Below are positions 17,216 to 27,528 of a DNA stretch of 64,000 nucleotides, in pieces. Within the stretch, counting starts at the first letter, position 1, and each line of letters starts with the position of its first letter. The notes beneath the pieces are model-generated. The model was not told the origin of the DNA and ran no database searches. It saw only the letters and a program-made list of their open reading frames with translations. The DNA comes from an uncultured Verrucomicrobiae bacterium. Lineage in GTDB: Bacteria > Verrucomicrobiota > Verrucomicrobiia > Limisphaerales > Palsa-1400. A program made the translations under genes and the position numbers. The DNA lies in assembly GCA_963707025.1 (NCBI GenBank), contig CAVPOM010000013.1, positions 1 through 64,000 on the forward strand, in the 5' to 3' direction.

Positions 17216-18304
17216 ATGCCCCACGTCAAATTATTCATTCCCGGTCCCGTCGAAGTCAGCCCCAGGACTTTCCAGGCCTTTTGCTCCCCCATGATCGGCC
17301 ATCGCGGCCAGGGGTTCAAAGACCTTTACGCCAAAATCCAGCCCCAGTTGCAGCAGTTGCTGGCCACCAAACAACTGGTTTATCTAAGCACCTCCTCGGC
17401 CTGGGGCGTCATGGAGGGCGCCATCCGCAACCTGGTGCAGAAGCGCGTCCTGAATTGCATGTGCGGCGCCTTCTCCGACAAATGGCTGGATGTCTCGCGG
17501 CGCTGCGGCAAGGAGGCCGAACCGCTGCAAGTGCCCTGGGGATCGCCCATCCGCGCCGAGCAAGTGGACGCCAAACTGGCCACCGGCCAGTTCGACGCCC
17601 TGACCGTCATCCACAATGAAACCTCCACCGGCGTGATGAGTCCCGTCGCCGAAATCGCCGCCCTCAAGAAAAAGTATCCCGACGTTATGTTTATTGTTGA
17701 CGCCGTCAGCTCGCTTTCGGCCGTGCCGCTGGAATTCGACGCCCTGGGCGTGGACGTGCTTCTGGCCGGCACGCAAAAGGCCTTCGCCATGCCGCCCGGC
17801 CTGGCCGTTTTCACCTGTTCCCCCGCCGCCCTGGACCGGGCGGCGAAGGCCAGGGACCGCGGCTACTATTTTGATTTCGTGGAATTCCAAAAAAACGCCG
17901 AACAAAGCATGACGCCCAGCACGCCCAGCATCGGCCATGTCCATGCCCTCGCCTCCCAGTTGGCGGTGTTTTTTGCCGAAGGTTTGCCGCAGCGTTTCGC
18001 GCGCCACCAAAGACTGGCCGGCATGACGCGCGCCTGGGCCGCCCGGCACGGTTTCAACCTCTTCCCGGAACCGGGCTTCGAATCCCTGACCCTGACCTGC
18101 ATCAGCAACGGCGCCCGGTCCGGCGGCCGGGTGGTGGATGTCCCCAAACTGCAAAAGCTGGTCAAGGACCAGGGCTTTTTGATTGACGGCGGTTACGGAA
18201 AAATCAAGGGCGCCACCTTCCGCATCTCCAACATGGGCGACGAGACCGAAGCCAGCATGTCCCAGCTCTACGCCGCCCTGGACAACGCCATGAAGCAGCT
18301 ATAG
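17216..18304 (+). CDS. Class V aminotransferase (alanine-glyoxylate/serine-pyruvate type)
   Basis: LFIPGP, HNETSTG, VDAVSS, GTQKAFAMPPG. Confidence 0.92.
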   Translation: MPHVKLFIPGPVEVSPRTFQAFCSPMIGHRGQGFKDLYAKIQPQLQQLLATKQLVYLSTSSAWGVMEGAIRNLVQKRVLNCMCGAFSDKWLDVSRRCGKEAEPLQVPWGSPIRAEQVDAKLATGQFDALTVIHNETSTGVMSPVAEIAALKKKYPDVMFIVDAVSSLSAVPLEFDALGVDVLLAGTQKAFAMPPGLAVFTCSPAALDRAAKARDRGYYFDFVEFQKNAEQSMTPSTPSIGHVHALASQLAVFFAEGLPQRFARHQRLAGMTRAWAARHGFNLFPEPGFESLTLTCISNGARSGGRVVDVPKLQKLVKDQGFLIDGGYGKIKGATFRISNMGDETEASMSQLYAALDNAMKQL

Positions 18305-18325
18305 CCGCGATCTTGCTTACTGCAT

Positions 18326-18483
18326 GGGCGGAACGGGCGACCCGCCCGTTCCGCAGGGCCACTGACCCGGCGGACAATAGCGGACAACTGTTCTGTGTAA
18401 TCCCTGCGTTTGACAGCAGGTTGCGGTTTCCCGATCCGGCCGGCGAGTCGCCGACCGGCGCAGGCGGGTCGCCTGTTCCACCC
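18326..18483. repeat. Paired inverted REP-like repeats
   Basis: ggcggaacgggcgacccgcc ... ggcgggtcgcctgttccacc. Confidence 0.6.
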
Positions 18484-18580
18484 GCCAGGTTCGGGCGCGA
18501 GTGTGAAATATCCGGGTTTGCGGCCGCGGCAGCGATGATTTGGCGTTGCGCCAAGCGGTTAAATCTGGCATGTTGTCAAC

Positions 18581-18814
18581 ATGAGCATGGCTGAGATCAT
18601 GCGGGAAGTGGCCGATTGGCCCGCGCAACGCCAAAACGAATTGGCGGCCTTTCTTTTGCATCTTCGCCTGGAGAAAGACAGCGCGTGGCATTCCGAAATG
18701 ACCCGGCGCATAGACGACAAGAATCCTGCCAACTGGGTTTCCCTGCCAGAATGGAAAAAACCGGCGGGAAAAACAAGCAAAAGCCAACGTCGGCTCATGC
18801 CGTCTTCCAAATAA
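18581..18814 (+). CDS. Small antitoxin-like hypothetical protein
   Basis: MSMAEIMREVADWP..ELAAFLLHLR; abuts the TA pair. Confidence 0.5.
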   Translation: MSMAEIMREVADWPAQRQNELAAFLLHLRLEKDSAWHSEMTRRIDDKNPANWVSLPEWKKPAGKTSKSQRRLMPSSK

Positions 18815-19056
18815 TGACTCCGACCACTTTTGACATTCAAGCTCTTCGTAAAAATGTGCTGGCGCTGCCTCATTCATTGCGCACCGTCCTCGTGCAAGAC
18901 CTGCTGAAAAGTTTGGATGAGGCGGATGAGACCCGGGAAGTTGATGCCGCCTGGGCGCAAGAAGCTGAAAGGCGTTATTCCGAAGTCAAGTCAGGCAAGG
19001 TGAAGTGCGTCCCCGGAACCGAGGTTTTAAGGCGGGTCCGTCTGCGGAATAAATGA
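18814..19056 (+). CDS. Addiction-module antitoxin (TIGR02574-like)
   Basis: LALP..LLKSLD..DAAWAQEAERR..SGKVKCVP. Confidence 0.85.
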   Translation: MTPTTFDIQALRKNVLALPHSLRTVLVQDLLKSLDEADETREVDAAWAQEAERRYSEVKSGKVKCVPGTEVLRRVRLRNK

Positions 19057-19448
19057 TGCAGTTCGAGTTCTATCCCCCGGCGGAAGATGAATACCTCCAA
19101 GCCGCGCGCTATTATGATGGCGAGCGCGCAGGTTTGGGAGATTACTTTATCCGCGATGTGGAGGAAGCAATTTCAAGAATCTGCCGAAATCCCCTCGCTT
19201 GGGGAGAACTGTCCCGCCAGACTCGCCGTTGTTTGACGCACAATTTCCCCTATGGTGTTATTTACGCCCTGCACGATGAGAAAATCACAATTATCGCTGT
19301 CATGGACTTGCGGCGAAAACCTGGCTATTGGAAAGGACGTTCTGAAACAATGGAAACAATCCTGGAAATAGACGCCCAAGCTCACGGCGCGACCGCCAGC
19401 CGCTCCTCCTGCTCTTTGCCACTGGCCAGCATGCCCTGCTCCTTGTAA
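19053..19448 (+). CDS. ParE/RelE family toxin
   Basis: AEDEYLQAARYY..FPYGVIY..IAVMDLRRKPGYW. Confidence 0.88.
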   Translation: MMQFEFYPPAEDEYLQAARYYDGERAGLGDYFIRDVEEAISRICRNPLAWGELSRQTRRCLTHNFPYGVIYALHDEKITIIAVMDLRRKPGYWKGRSETMETILEIDAQAHGATASRSSCSLPLASMPCSL

Positions 19449-19861
19449 ATCTTGAGCATGAAATGGGTCGCCGTTGAAATGACTCCCTGGATGGTGGATA
19501 ATTTCTGCGAAACAAACAAAGCCACCTCCCGCAAATTGGCCCCTTCCACCACCACCAGCAAATCGTAGCCGCCGGACATCAGATAACAGGACCGCACCTC
19601 GCTGTGTTTGGCGATCCGCTCCGCCAGCCGGTCAAATCCGCCGCCCCGTTCCGGGGTGATCTTGACCTCAATGACGGCGCGCACGAAGTCGCCGCTGATT
19701 TTTTCATCGTTCAAAATGGCGCGATAGCCCAGGATCACCTGGCTGCTTTCGTAGTCCTTGATTTTGGCGGTCACCTCCGCTTCGGGCTGGTTGAGCATTT
19801 TGGCCAACTGCCCCGGTTTAATGGAGGCATTATCGTGCAAAAGTTTGAGCAACGGATCCAT
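19382..19861 (-). CDS. Lrp/AsnC family regulator
   Basis: N-terminal HTH; CYLMSGGYDL. Confidence 0.9.
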   Translation of the reverse strand: MDPLLKLLHDNASIKPGQLAKMLNQPEAEVTAKIKDYESSQVILGYRAILNDEKISGDFVRAVIEVKITPERGGGFDRLAERIAKHSEVRSCYLMSGGYDLLVVVEGANLREVALFVSQKLSTIQGVISTATHFMLKIYKEQGMLASGKEQEERLAVAP

Positions 19862-20065
19862 GCCGCCATCCTGCCATCACCCCGCCCCAAGCAAAAGAAC
19901 AATTTGGCCGAATGGCCCGCCTCGGGCGCATCCCGGTTTTGTCGAGGCTCGCGCGCGGCTGGGAGCCGCGCGAACCGGCAGCCCAGATGCCTGCCCCGCA
20001 TGGCCTGCCTGTCCGCCGGGTGAGGACGCAATTTTGCATTTCGGATTGGCGATTTCGGATTCATA

Positions 20066-20929
20066 ATGGGCCGCAGCGTCATGCCGAACTCCAATTACAA
20101 ACTGGTCCGCCTGGCCAACGGGACCTGCAGCGTTCATTGCCTGGCGGAAAAAGAGACATTTCATCCCGTGGTCGGACCGGTGGCCGAGGCGCAGGCGCTC
20201 TACATCAAGCAATTGAAGCTGCGGCAGCGTCTGCAAGGCCACGCCGGCGAGTTCGTCATCTGGGACGTCGGTTTGGGGGCGGGCGGCAACGTGCTCGCCG
20301 TCTTCGGCGCGACGGCGGATCTCGCCTGCCCGTTGCGCGTGGTGAGTTTTGACCGCACCACCGAGGCGCTGCATTTTGCCCTGGAACACGCCGCGGCTCT
20401 CGGCTACATCGAGCCTTATCGCGGGCCGGCGCAGGATTTTTTGAAAAACGGCCGCGCCGCCTTCCGCAACGGCGCGCAAGCTGCACACTGGGAATTGCAA
20501 CTGGGCGATTTCCCAAGTTTCCTGCGCCACGCCCCGTCCGTGCCCGCGCCGCACGCCATCATGTTTGACGCGTTCTCGCCGGCCAAAAATCCGGCCATGT
20601 GGAGCGCGCCGTTTTTTGCGGATTTATTTCGCTGGCTTGATCCGCAGCGCCCCTGCGCCATGCCCACCTATTCCCGCAGCACCATGTTGCGGGTCACACT
20701 GCTGCTGGCCGGTTTCTTTGTCGGCATTGGCCACGCCACCGGGGAAAAAGAGGAAACGACGCTGGCCGCCAATACGTTGGCCTTGCTCGACCGGCCGCTG
20801 CCCCGCGCCTGGCTGCAACGCGCCCGCCGCTCCCGGAGCGCCGAGCCGATGCGGGAGCCGGTTTATCGCCAGGCCCCGCTCACGCCGGCCACCTGGGAGA
20901 AGCTGCAACAACATCCGCAGTTCAAATGA
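20066..20929 (+). CDS. MnmC-type SAM methyltransferase domain protein
   Basis: DVGLGAGGN; FDAFSPAKNPAMWS; TYS. Confidence 0.8.
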   Translation: MGRSVMPNSNYKLVRLANGTCSVHCLAEKETFHPVVGPVAEAQALYIKQLKLRQRLQGHAGEFVIWDVGLGAGGNVLAVFGATADLACPLRVVSFDRTTEALHFALEHAAALGYIEPYRGPAQDFLKNGRAAFRNGAQAAHWELQLGDFPSFLRHAPSVPAPHAIMFDAFSPAKNPAMWSAPFFADLFRWLDPQRPCAMPTYSRSTMLRVTLLLAGFFVGIGHATGEKEETTLAANTLALLDRPLPRAWLQRARRSRSAEPMREPVYRQAPLTPATWEKLQQHPQFK

Positions 20930-20972
20930 GAAATGCAGAATGCAGAATGAAGCAATCCTCTCGACGGATGAA

Positions 20973-21299
20973 TTATGAACCACCCGCAAGGCGGCGGTGT
21001 CCTTCCAAAAGTCGCTCGGCGAAAAGGCTTCTGCCTTCGCAACGGTAAAAAATCAGGAAGCGGTGAAATGGCTTCTCCAAGCGCCACGATCTGATGCCTG
21101 GGAGATCGGTGAAAGTGATGAACCGTGGCCGACCAGCCTCGGGGTTCTCACTGAGAAAAACCAAAGTGTCATCAACCGCCAAGGCGAAGCGTTTAGCCAG
21201 TTCGAGGGCGGGAATGGGATCAAGGCCAGTTTGCAGCAAATACCAGCGAAATTGGCGTTCCTCATCAGCCTCGAAAGCTTCAGAGCGCCGTATAGTCAT
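20973..21299 (-). CDS. ParE family toxin
   Basis: NPEAGRPR..GIRSW..PFHRFLIFY..RLLEGHR. Confidence 0.8.
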   Translation of the reverse strand: MTIRRSEAFEADEERQFRWYLLQTGLDPIPALELAKRFALAVDDTLVFLSENPEAGRPRFITFTDLPGIRSWRLEKPFHRFLIFYRCEGRSLFAERLLEGHRRLAGGS

Positions 21300-21553
21300 T
21301 GTCCAAGCCGAGAATAGACTTTAGCCAGTAACTTTAGACTGTCGCCCCTTCTATGCAAAACATAACGGCCTCGCCTCGCTTGTCGTATGAGATTCGCCAG
21401 TTCCGGTGTATCCCGTTCCAAGTCCAGCGCTGGAATTTCCGTAAAGGTGCGGCGCAGGGCTTCGCGAACCACTTCGCTCGCGTTGTTGTAAAAACCGCTT
21501 TTAACTTTTTCCTCGACCACCTTCTCCAGTTCTTTAGTGAGCGACACGTTCAT
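21296..21553 (-). CDS. ParD-like RHH antitoxin
   Basis: MNVSLTKELE..VKSGFYNNASEVVREALR. Confidence 0.9.
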   Translation of the reverse strand: MNVSLTKELEKVVEEKVKSGFYNNASEVVREALRRTFTEIPALDLERDTPELANLIRQARRGRYVLHRRGDSLKLLAKVYSRLGQ

Positions 21554-21872
21554 GCAGCAATTATGGCTCAACTTCCGAAAATAGCAAAGCCTGTTACGCG
21601 CAAATTCAAGCCAGCAGACTACATAAAATTCTTGCGCCGCTTGAACGCCGCAACATAACGTCGTAGTGGGCCGAATCGCGATCGCGGTGCTTCTTGAGCT
21701 TCAAATCCCCCTCTGTGGGTAGTCTCCGAAGCGATTGCGCCAACCTTGCGTATCCCATTACCATGGATGAAAGTCAAACTTGGAAACCGGAGAAAACCAT
21801 ACCGGTCCCTCTTCGCGAGGGCGCGAGAGGGAATAATCGTTGCCGCCTGCCCAATTGTGGCCAGTGTTTGGC

Positions 21873-22328
21873 TTAAGCAAACTCCGGCGCCACCTCGATT
21901 TTTTGACCCGGTGCGATCGTCAGATCGTTGCCAGCGGACCAGATCTCATCATTAATCAGCAACTTGAATTTGATCGGGTCTTTCGCCATCCCCGACCAAC
22001 GCCACGTTTGGGCGTCCACACAGACCAGTGGCAATCCACGTTCCCAGGTCAAGCCGCCACCCTGGCCCCGCATGAATACGGCGTTGCCAAAACCGACATC
22101 CCGTTTGACTTCGATGGTGGTCAAGGCCGCGCCTGTCCCGGCGGGTCTCGTCGCGGCGGAAGCCGGCACGGCGGGTTTCGTCGCGACCGGAGCCGGCACG
22201 GCGGGTCTTGTCGCGGCCGGAGCCGGCGCGGAGACAAACGCCGCGGGGGCGCTGGTTGTTCTTGTTGTGACGGTTGCTTTCTCGATCGGTTTCAGGGCGG
22301 CCTTTGCCGCGTTTTTATATAGTTTCAT
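21873..22328 (-). CDS. Hypothetical protein: Pro/Ala-rich N-terminus and a small beta domain
   Basis: Three 30-nt tandem repeats at 22141-22230; DVGFGNAVFMRG..LTWERG..FKLLIND. Confidence 0.7.
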   Translation of the reverse strand: MKLYKNAAKAALKPIEKATVTTRTTSAPAAFVSAPAPAATRPAVPAPVATKPAVPASAATRPAGTGAALTTIEVKRDVGFGNAVFMRGQGGGLTWERGLPLVCVDAQTWRWSGMAKDPIKFKLLINDEIWSAGNDLTIAPGQKIEVAPEFA

Positions 22329-22657
22329 GTTCAGTATTTTCGTGTTCAAGAGGAGGCCGCACCTGGCGACCCCCCGGTTTCCCCGCAAGCAGACTTCTTT
22401 CCACACTACTGCTGCCGGACGTTGGCCCGGCCCTCGTTGATTTCGTGGCGCATCCTTTCCACACTGGAAGGAAACAGCCATGTCTTCGTCCCGAGTTGCC
22501 ACCCCCATTAAACGCCACTGTGGCCGGCAAGTCCAGCCAAACCAGCCGGAATTTGCTAAAAAAAAACCAAGATTTCCCAAATAATAGAAGCTTGACGCCA
22601 CAACCCTTTGTTGCTACCAACAGAGCAGACACATTGCGTAGTGGTTTAAAGGCGCTT

Positions 22658-23122
22658 ATGCGTTGCCCAAAATGTGCTAATCAGGATGACAAGGTGATTG
22701 ATTCGCGCGCCTCGCGCGAAGGCTCAACCATTCGCCGCCGCCGGCAGTGTTTGAAGTGCCAGCATCGTTTCACCACTTATGAGGAAATCGAGCACGAAGG
22801 CCTGGTCGTGGTCAAGCGCGACGGCCGCCGCGAGGAGTTTTCCAGGGACAAACTCCTGGCCGGCCTCAAGAAAGCCTGTCAAAAGCGGCCCATCAGCCCA
22901 AAGGTCATCGCCGATTTGGTCGAGCAAATTGTGGACGAAGTGACCGACAAATACGACCGGGAAGTCCCCGGTATGGCCATCGGCGAACGGGTCATGGAGG
23001 GCTTGCGCAAAATTGACCCTGTGGCCTACGTCCGCTTTGCCAGTGTCTATCGGCGGTTCGAGGAAGCCACCGAGTTTGTGCGCGAAGTCAAAAACCTGGA
23101 GGCAAAACATGACTCAACTTAA
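22658..23122 (+). CDS. nrdR: Transcriptional repressor NrdR
   Basis: MRCPKC..KVIDSR..RRRRQC..RFTTYE; ATP cone; AYVRFASVYR. Confidence 0.97.
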   Translation: MRCPKCANQDDKVIDSRASREGSTIRRRRQCLKCQHRFTTYEEIEHEGLVVVKRDGRREEFSRDKLLAGLKKACQKRPISPKVIADLVEQIVDEVTDKYDREVPGMAIGERVMEGLRKIDPVAYVRFASVYRRFEEATEFVREVKNLEAKHDST

Positions 23123-23663
23123 AAGGGATTGTTTGATTTTCCAGACCAACTGCGGCCAGCAAATACCCTGTTCGGCCGAGTGGGTCACCCTGGAGTTGAT
23201 CGGCGGCAGCGCCGATCTGGTTGACCCGGAACTGGTCCGCCACGCCGCCGCCGCCGTCCTCTATTATTTCAAGCATGAGTTGCACCGGCAGTTCGTCACC
23301 GTGGCCGATTTTGCCGCCGCCTTGGAACGCGCCTTGCGCGCCGTGGGACTGAGCCTTTTCGCCGCAGCAGACCCGGCCTCCCTGCGCGTGCTGGATTCCC
23401 AGTTGCCCGAACTGATGAAAAGCGCCGGCGAAAACGGCGAACTGTTCTTCTTTCCCCAATTGCGCCAGGAACTCAAACGCCAACTCCAGGCCTCCCCGCA
23501 AATCCTGCGCTTTAACGGCCTGCGCCCCTGCGTCAAACAACTGGCCGGCGCCAACCGTTGGAGCGCGCGTTGCGAAAACTTGAGCGACCAAATAGTTGAC
23601 TATATGCGCACCTGCTTGCAATCCGACACCGGCAGCCGCCCCTGCACCCTGCTGGTCAAGTGA
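23109..23663 (+). CDS. Conserved hypothetical protein
   Basis: Overlaps the nrdR end; coherent ORF. Confidence 0.7.
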   Translation: MTQLKRDCLIFQTNCGQQIPCSAEWVTLELIGGSADLVDPELVRHAAAAVLYYFKHELHRQFVTVADFAAALERALRAVGLSLFAAADPASLRVLDSQLPELMKSAGENGELFFFPQLRQELKRQLQASPQILRFNGLRPCVKQLAGANRWSARCENLSDQIVDYMRTCLQSDTGSRPCTLLVK

Positions 23664-23993
23664 GTTCCTTGTAACTCCCGTGCCGGAGATGACCGCGTTT
23701 TGGAGGTTGAAAAACAACCCGTTGGCGCGTCATGACCCCGCCTAGGGTTAACGTTAACCGCGCCCCTCCCGTTTTGGGCCAAGCCCACCCCAGGTTGAGC
23801 GGCGGGTGAATTCACAGGATCGTTTCCAATTCGTCAAATGATCGTCACAATCGTTGTGTAGTCTCGTGGTCACGTGGTCGGCGGGAGCGTGGTCGTTCGG
23901 GCCAGCCCTTTTCTGAAGATGGGCCGGGCTGCCGTTGATCACAGGACTTGAAAAGTATTTTTGACCAAACTGGCAGCCATTAACATTAACATC

Positions 23994-24893
23994 ATGCATC
24001 CCTTCCACTTGGTTCCCCTCCTGGCCGTAAACGCCCTTTCCTACGCGATCAAAATGGCGACGCCCGAAGGTAAAGCGACCATGACCGCGCTGCTGATTCT
24101 GTCGCTGTTCAGTTGGACGATCATCATCACCAAGGCCCGCCAGATCGCCATCGCGCGGAAATGGACCAAGAAATTCCTGGCCGCCTATGCCGCCACGCGG
24201 GATCCGCTGGACATCAAACGGCGGGAGGAGGAGTTCCCGGGCGCGCCGGCTTACCAGCTCTACATTCGCGGGGCCGATGAACTGGATTACCACTTGAAAA
24301 ACAATCCGGTGGCGGTCAGCAGCGCCAAAATCGTCAATCACGACCCCGAGCTGGGGCATGGCAACACGGACCATTTGGCCCGCGCGACCACCACGCGGGT
24401 GAGCGTGGCGTCCTACGAAGCGATCAAGGTGGTGATGGAAGAGGCGGCGGCGGCCGAAGCCATGGGGCTGGAAAGGGGCATGATCGTGCTTTCCACCGCG
24501 GTGGCGGGGGGGCCGTTCATTGGCTTGCTGGGCACGGTTTGGGGCGTGATGGCGACCTTTGCCGGGATTGCCGACGCGGGAGGGGCCAGCATCACGACCA
24601 TGGCGCCCGGGGTGGCGGCGGCTTTGATCTGCACGGTCATCGGGCTGCTGGTGGCCATTCCGGCCATGTTCAGCTACAACTTCATGGTCACCAGCATTCG
24701 GGCCATCACCCAGGAATTGGATGGATTCGCCGCCCGCTACGCCAACCAGATTGAACATCGTTACGTGGTCAACCGCCCGCTGGCCGATGAGATCAAGGAA
24801 GCCAACGAAGTGCTGGCCACCCGCATCGTGGAGGCGTTGAAGCGCGAAGGCGCTCCGGCCAGGGAATTGGCCGGGTTCGGGGCGGGCGCTTAA
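23994..24893 (+). CDS. MotA/TolQ/ExbB proton channel protein
   Basis: GPFIGLLGTVWGVM..APGVAAAL..GLLVAIPA. Confidence 0.93.
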   Translation: MHPFHLVPLLAVNALSYAIKMATPEGKATMTALLILSLFSWTIIITKARQIAIARKWTKKFLAAYAATRDPLDIKRREEEFPGAPAYQLYIRGADELDYHLKNNPVAVSSAKIVNHDPELGHGNTDHLARATTTRVSVASYEAIKVVMEEAAAAEAMGLERGMIVLSTAVAGGPFIGLLGTVWGVMATFAGIADAGGASITTMAPGVAAALICTVIGLLVAIPAMFSYNFMVTSIRAITQELDGFAARYANQIEHRYVVNRPLADEIKEANEVLATRIVEALKREGAPARELAGFGAGA

Positions 24894-24906
24894 GCGGATG
24901 GCAGGC

Positions 24907-25323
24907 ATGAAAAAGTGCTCCCATTCCGCGCATCACACCCTCACGGAACTGAACATCACTCCGCTGCTGGACCTGGCGTTCGTCTTGCTGGTGATATTCA
25001 TCATCACCACCACGCCGCTGGCCAACGATCTGGCCTTGAAGCTGCCCACCGCCTCCAAGCACCAGAAAGATCCACCGCACGACCCAACCTACATCACCGT
25101 GCAGGAGGATGGAAAAACCTATTTGGGCAAGAACCTGGTGGACACGGCCGGATTACAGGAGCTGCTGGTGGCATTGCGCATGGGCGACCCGGACTTGAGC
25201 GTGATCGTGCGCGGCGACGCCAAAACCAAATACCGGCAAATCCGCGCCGTTCTGGATGTCTGCCAGCAAGCCAACGTGGCCAAATTCGACCTGGCCACCG
25301 AGACGGCCGACAAGAACAAATAA
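24907..25323 (+). CDS. ExbD/TolR family protein
   Basis: ELNITPLLDLAFVLLVIFII. Confidence 0.92.
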   Translation: MKKCSHSAHHTLTELNITPLLDLAFVLLVIFIITTTPLANDLALKLPTASKHQKDPPHDPTYITVQEDGKTYLGKNLVDTAGLQELLVALRMGDPDLSVIVRGDAKTKYRQIRAVLDVCQQANVAKFDLATETADKNK

Positions 25324-25422
25324 CCGCGCACACCCATGTTGCCCCCGCGCAAAAACAATTTTCCATCGCGCCTGGCGGTTTGTTTTGATGCCGTCACCTC
25401 CGGGCCAAAGGCTCCTTAAACC

Positions 25423-25830
25423 ATGAAAAAAACCAGCCGGCGCGGTCACAGCACGTTGAATGAGTTGAACATCACACCCCTGCTGGACCTGGTGTTTGTG
25501 CTGCTGGTCATCTTCATCATCACCACCCCGCAGATGATCAACAGCCTGGAGATGACCTTGCCTTCCGGCAAACCGCCGGCCCAGAATCCCGACGCGCCCA
25601 AACCGAAGATCAACCGCATCGTGGTGGATGACAAAGGGCAGGTGTTCCTCAACGATGAAGCGGTGCCGGACGACAAGATCAAGGAAAAGCTGGCCGGGGT
25701 CAAGGCGGCCGACCCGGATCCCAAATTCGTGGTCAAAGGCGCCGACGAGGTGGATTTCCAGAACGTGGTCAAGGTGCTCGATGTGCTGCAACAACTGAAG
25801 ATCGCCAAGGTCGGCCTGGCGACGCAGTAG
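25423..25830 (+). CDS. ExbD/TolR family protein
   Basis: ELNITPLLDLVFVLLVIFII. Confidence 0.92.
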   Translation: MKKTSRRGHSTLNELNITPLLDLVFVLLVIFIITTPQMINSLEMTLPSGKPPAQNPDAPKPKINRIVVDDKGQVFLNDEAVPDDKIKEKLAGVKAADPDPKFVVKGADEVDFQNVVKVLDVLQQLKIAKVGLATQ

Positions 25831-25931
25831 GGGAGAAAACGGAGCTGCCCGGGGTGAGATCATGGAGGATCACAATCCAGCAGAGGTTGAATCCATTTAA
25901 CCCCTTTGCTCTTTGATGTCTTAACCCCCGC

Positions 25932-27482
25932 TCACGGCCATGCGGCGCGGTAGAAACGCCGCGGAAAGCCAGCCGTGTTGGTGTCGCGATAGAACCAAAG
26001 TCCGTTGCTCACGAAACCCGGCGCGTTGAGCGGCAGCCAACTGAGCAAATCGGTGGAGACCAGCAAGCCAAAGGGTATGTTCGTGCTGCCTTGCAACTGA
26101 AGCTGCAACCCGCCGTCCGCTGCCAACGCCGCTCCGGTGAAAAACGGCGGGGCCGGCGGCGCGTAATCCAGATAAATGCTCCAGGTTTCCGATGAGCTTT
26201 GCGCGCCCGCGATGGCGGCGGGGAACGTCCCGAAAGACTGGCTCACAGAAAAACCGTCACCGCTTGCGCCCGGCAAATAACTCGGCGCGTCGTAGGTCGT
26301 GTCCACTTGCCAGGCCAGCCAGTAAGTGCCGGGCGCGAGCGCCAACCCTCCCGGCGCGCCCCCCGCAATGGGCGCGGCGATCCAGCCGCCGGCCGCCGTG
26401 TTGGAGATGCTGCCCGATTGCCAGAGCAAATTCTTCGGCGAATGGTTGTCATAAATACCCAGGCGGACATGGCCCGCCGCGGCGTGCGAATAGAACCACA
26501 CGTTGCTGACCGAGGCCGGATTGGCCAGCGTTGTCTTCGTGCCCTTGACGAATCCCTTTTGCGAGCCGGAGTGGAACATGGACCACGGGTTGGCATAAAA
26601 TTCAGCGGCCTCCTGCGCGGTCAAGACGCGGTTGTTCCAAACCCAAAAGGACGAGAAATTGGCGTTACACATTTGCGATCCTGGGTTGGCTCCCCCGGTG
26701 GTGTTGTAACGCAATGGGCCAACTTGACCGTCCAGGGATGCGGTGAGATTCACCGCCGTATTGCTGGCCACGGGCGCGCCGTTGATATACATCACTCCCA
26801 ATCCCTGCTGCACCGTGCATAGGACGAGGATCCAATTCCCCACCGTGAACGGCACGTAGGGATTGAGGGCGTTGGTGTTCGCGTCCCGCCAGGTGGTCGC
26901 GACCTTGCCAGGGCTGCCAAAAACATTCAGATACGTGGTCAGGATGGCCGAGCCGGTCGCGTCCATCACGCGGCCAAAGGTGGTGGTATCCAGCGGTTGC
27001 ATCAGTTCGGCGTAGGAGTAGCCGTTGGTGACGTTGTTGATCAAGTTGGATTCCTGCAACGGGCTGAGGATGCACTGCGCGGTGGCGCCGTTGTTGCTGA
27101 TGGCCGGCCCGGCCCAAGGGTAATTGGACGACACGGCAGGCGTGAACCACGCCGGGGGCAAGGCGCCCGCTGGCGAACCGGCCAGCGCCAAGGCGGGGTA
27201 AGAGAGCTGCGTCGCGGCGTCGTAAAAACTGGCGCCGGCGCCTTCGTTGACCGGCAAGGCGGAGACGAGGCCCGCGGCCAATGGCCGGCTCGCATTGATC
27301 TGGCTGCCGGCCGCCGGCTTGTTGGTATAGGGATAGGCATTGGTCCCGATGGAAGTGATGCCCGCCGTCAAAAGCAGGTCCGCCCGAAGGCGGGTCGGCG
27401 CGGCGGTGAAGGCAAGCAACAACAAGCATACGGCCGTCCGCGGTGCGGACGCGGCTGCAAACCACCGCGCGTCTCTTCGCAT
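25932..27482 (-). CDS. Secreted LamG/concanavalin-like domain protein
   Basis: Signal peptide; NEGAG..MYING..VWNNRVLTAQEA; C-terminal STDLLSW..RFYRA. Confidence 0.7.
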   Translation of the reverse strand: MRRDARWFAAASAPRTAVCLLLLAFTAAPTRLRADLLLTAGITSIGTNAYPYTNKPAAGSQINASRPLAAGLVSALPVNEGAGASFYDAATQLSYPALALAGSPAGALPPAWFTPAVSSNYPWAGPAISNNGATAQCILSPLQESNLINNVTNGYSYAELMQPLDTTTFGRVMDATGSAILTTYLNVFGSPGKVATTWRDANTNALNPYVPFTVGNWILVLCTVQQGLGVMYINGAPVASNTAVNLTASLDGQVGPLRYNTTGGANPGSQMCNANFSSFWVWNNRVLTAQEAAEFYANPWSMFHSGSQKGFVKGTKTTLANPASVSNVWFYSHAAAGHVRLGIYDNHSPKNLLWQSGSISNTAAGGWIAAPIAGGAPGGLALAPGTYWLAWQVDTTYDAPSYLPGASGDGFSVSQSFGTFPAAIAGAQSSSETWSIYLDYAPPAPPFFTGAALAADGGLQLQLQGSTNIPFGLLVSTDLLSWLPLNAPGFVSNGLWFYRDTNTAGFPRRFYRAAWP

Positions 27483-27528
27483 AAAAGCGAAATGGCCGGC
27501 CGCAGGAGACAGGCAGTCGGTCATATTG

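Noticed and set aside
22590..22650. NrdR boxes upstream of nrdR
   Set aside because: Matches to the consensus are too weak to call by eye.
23664..23960. Riboswitch or ncRNA upstream of the exbB-like gene
   Set aside because: No recognisable cobalamin, TPP or other conserved motif; needs an Rfam search.
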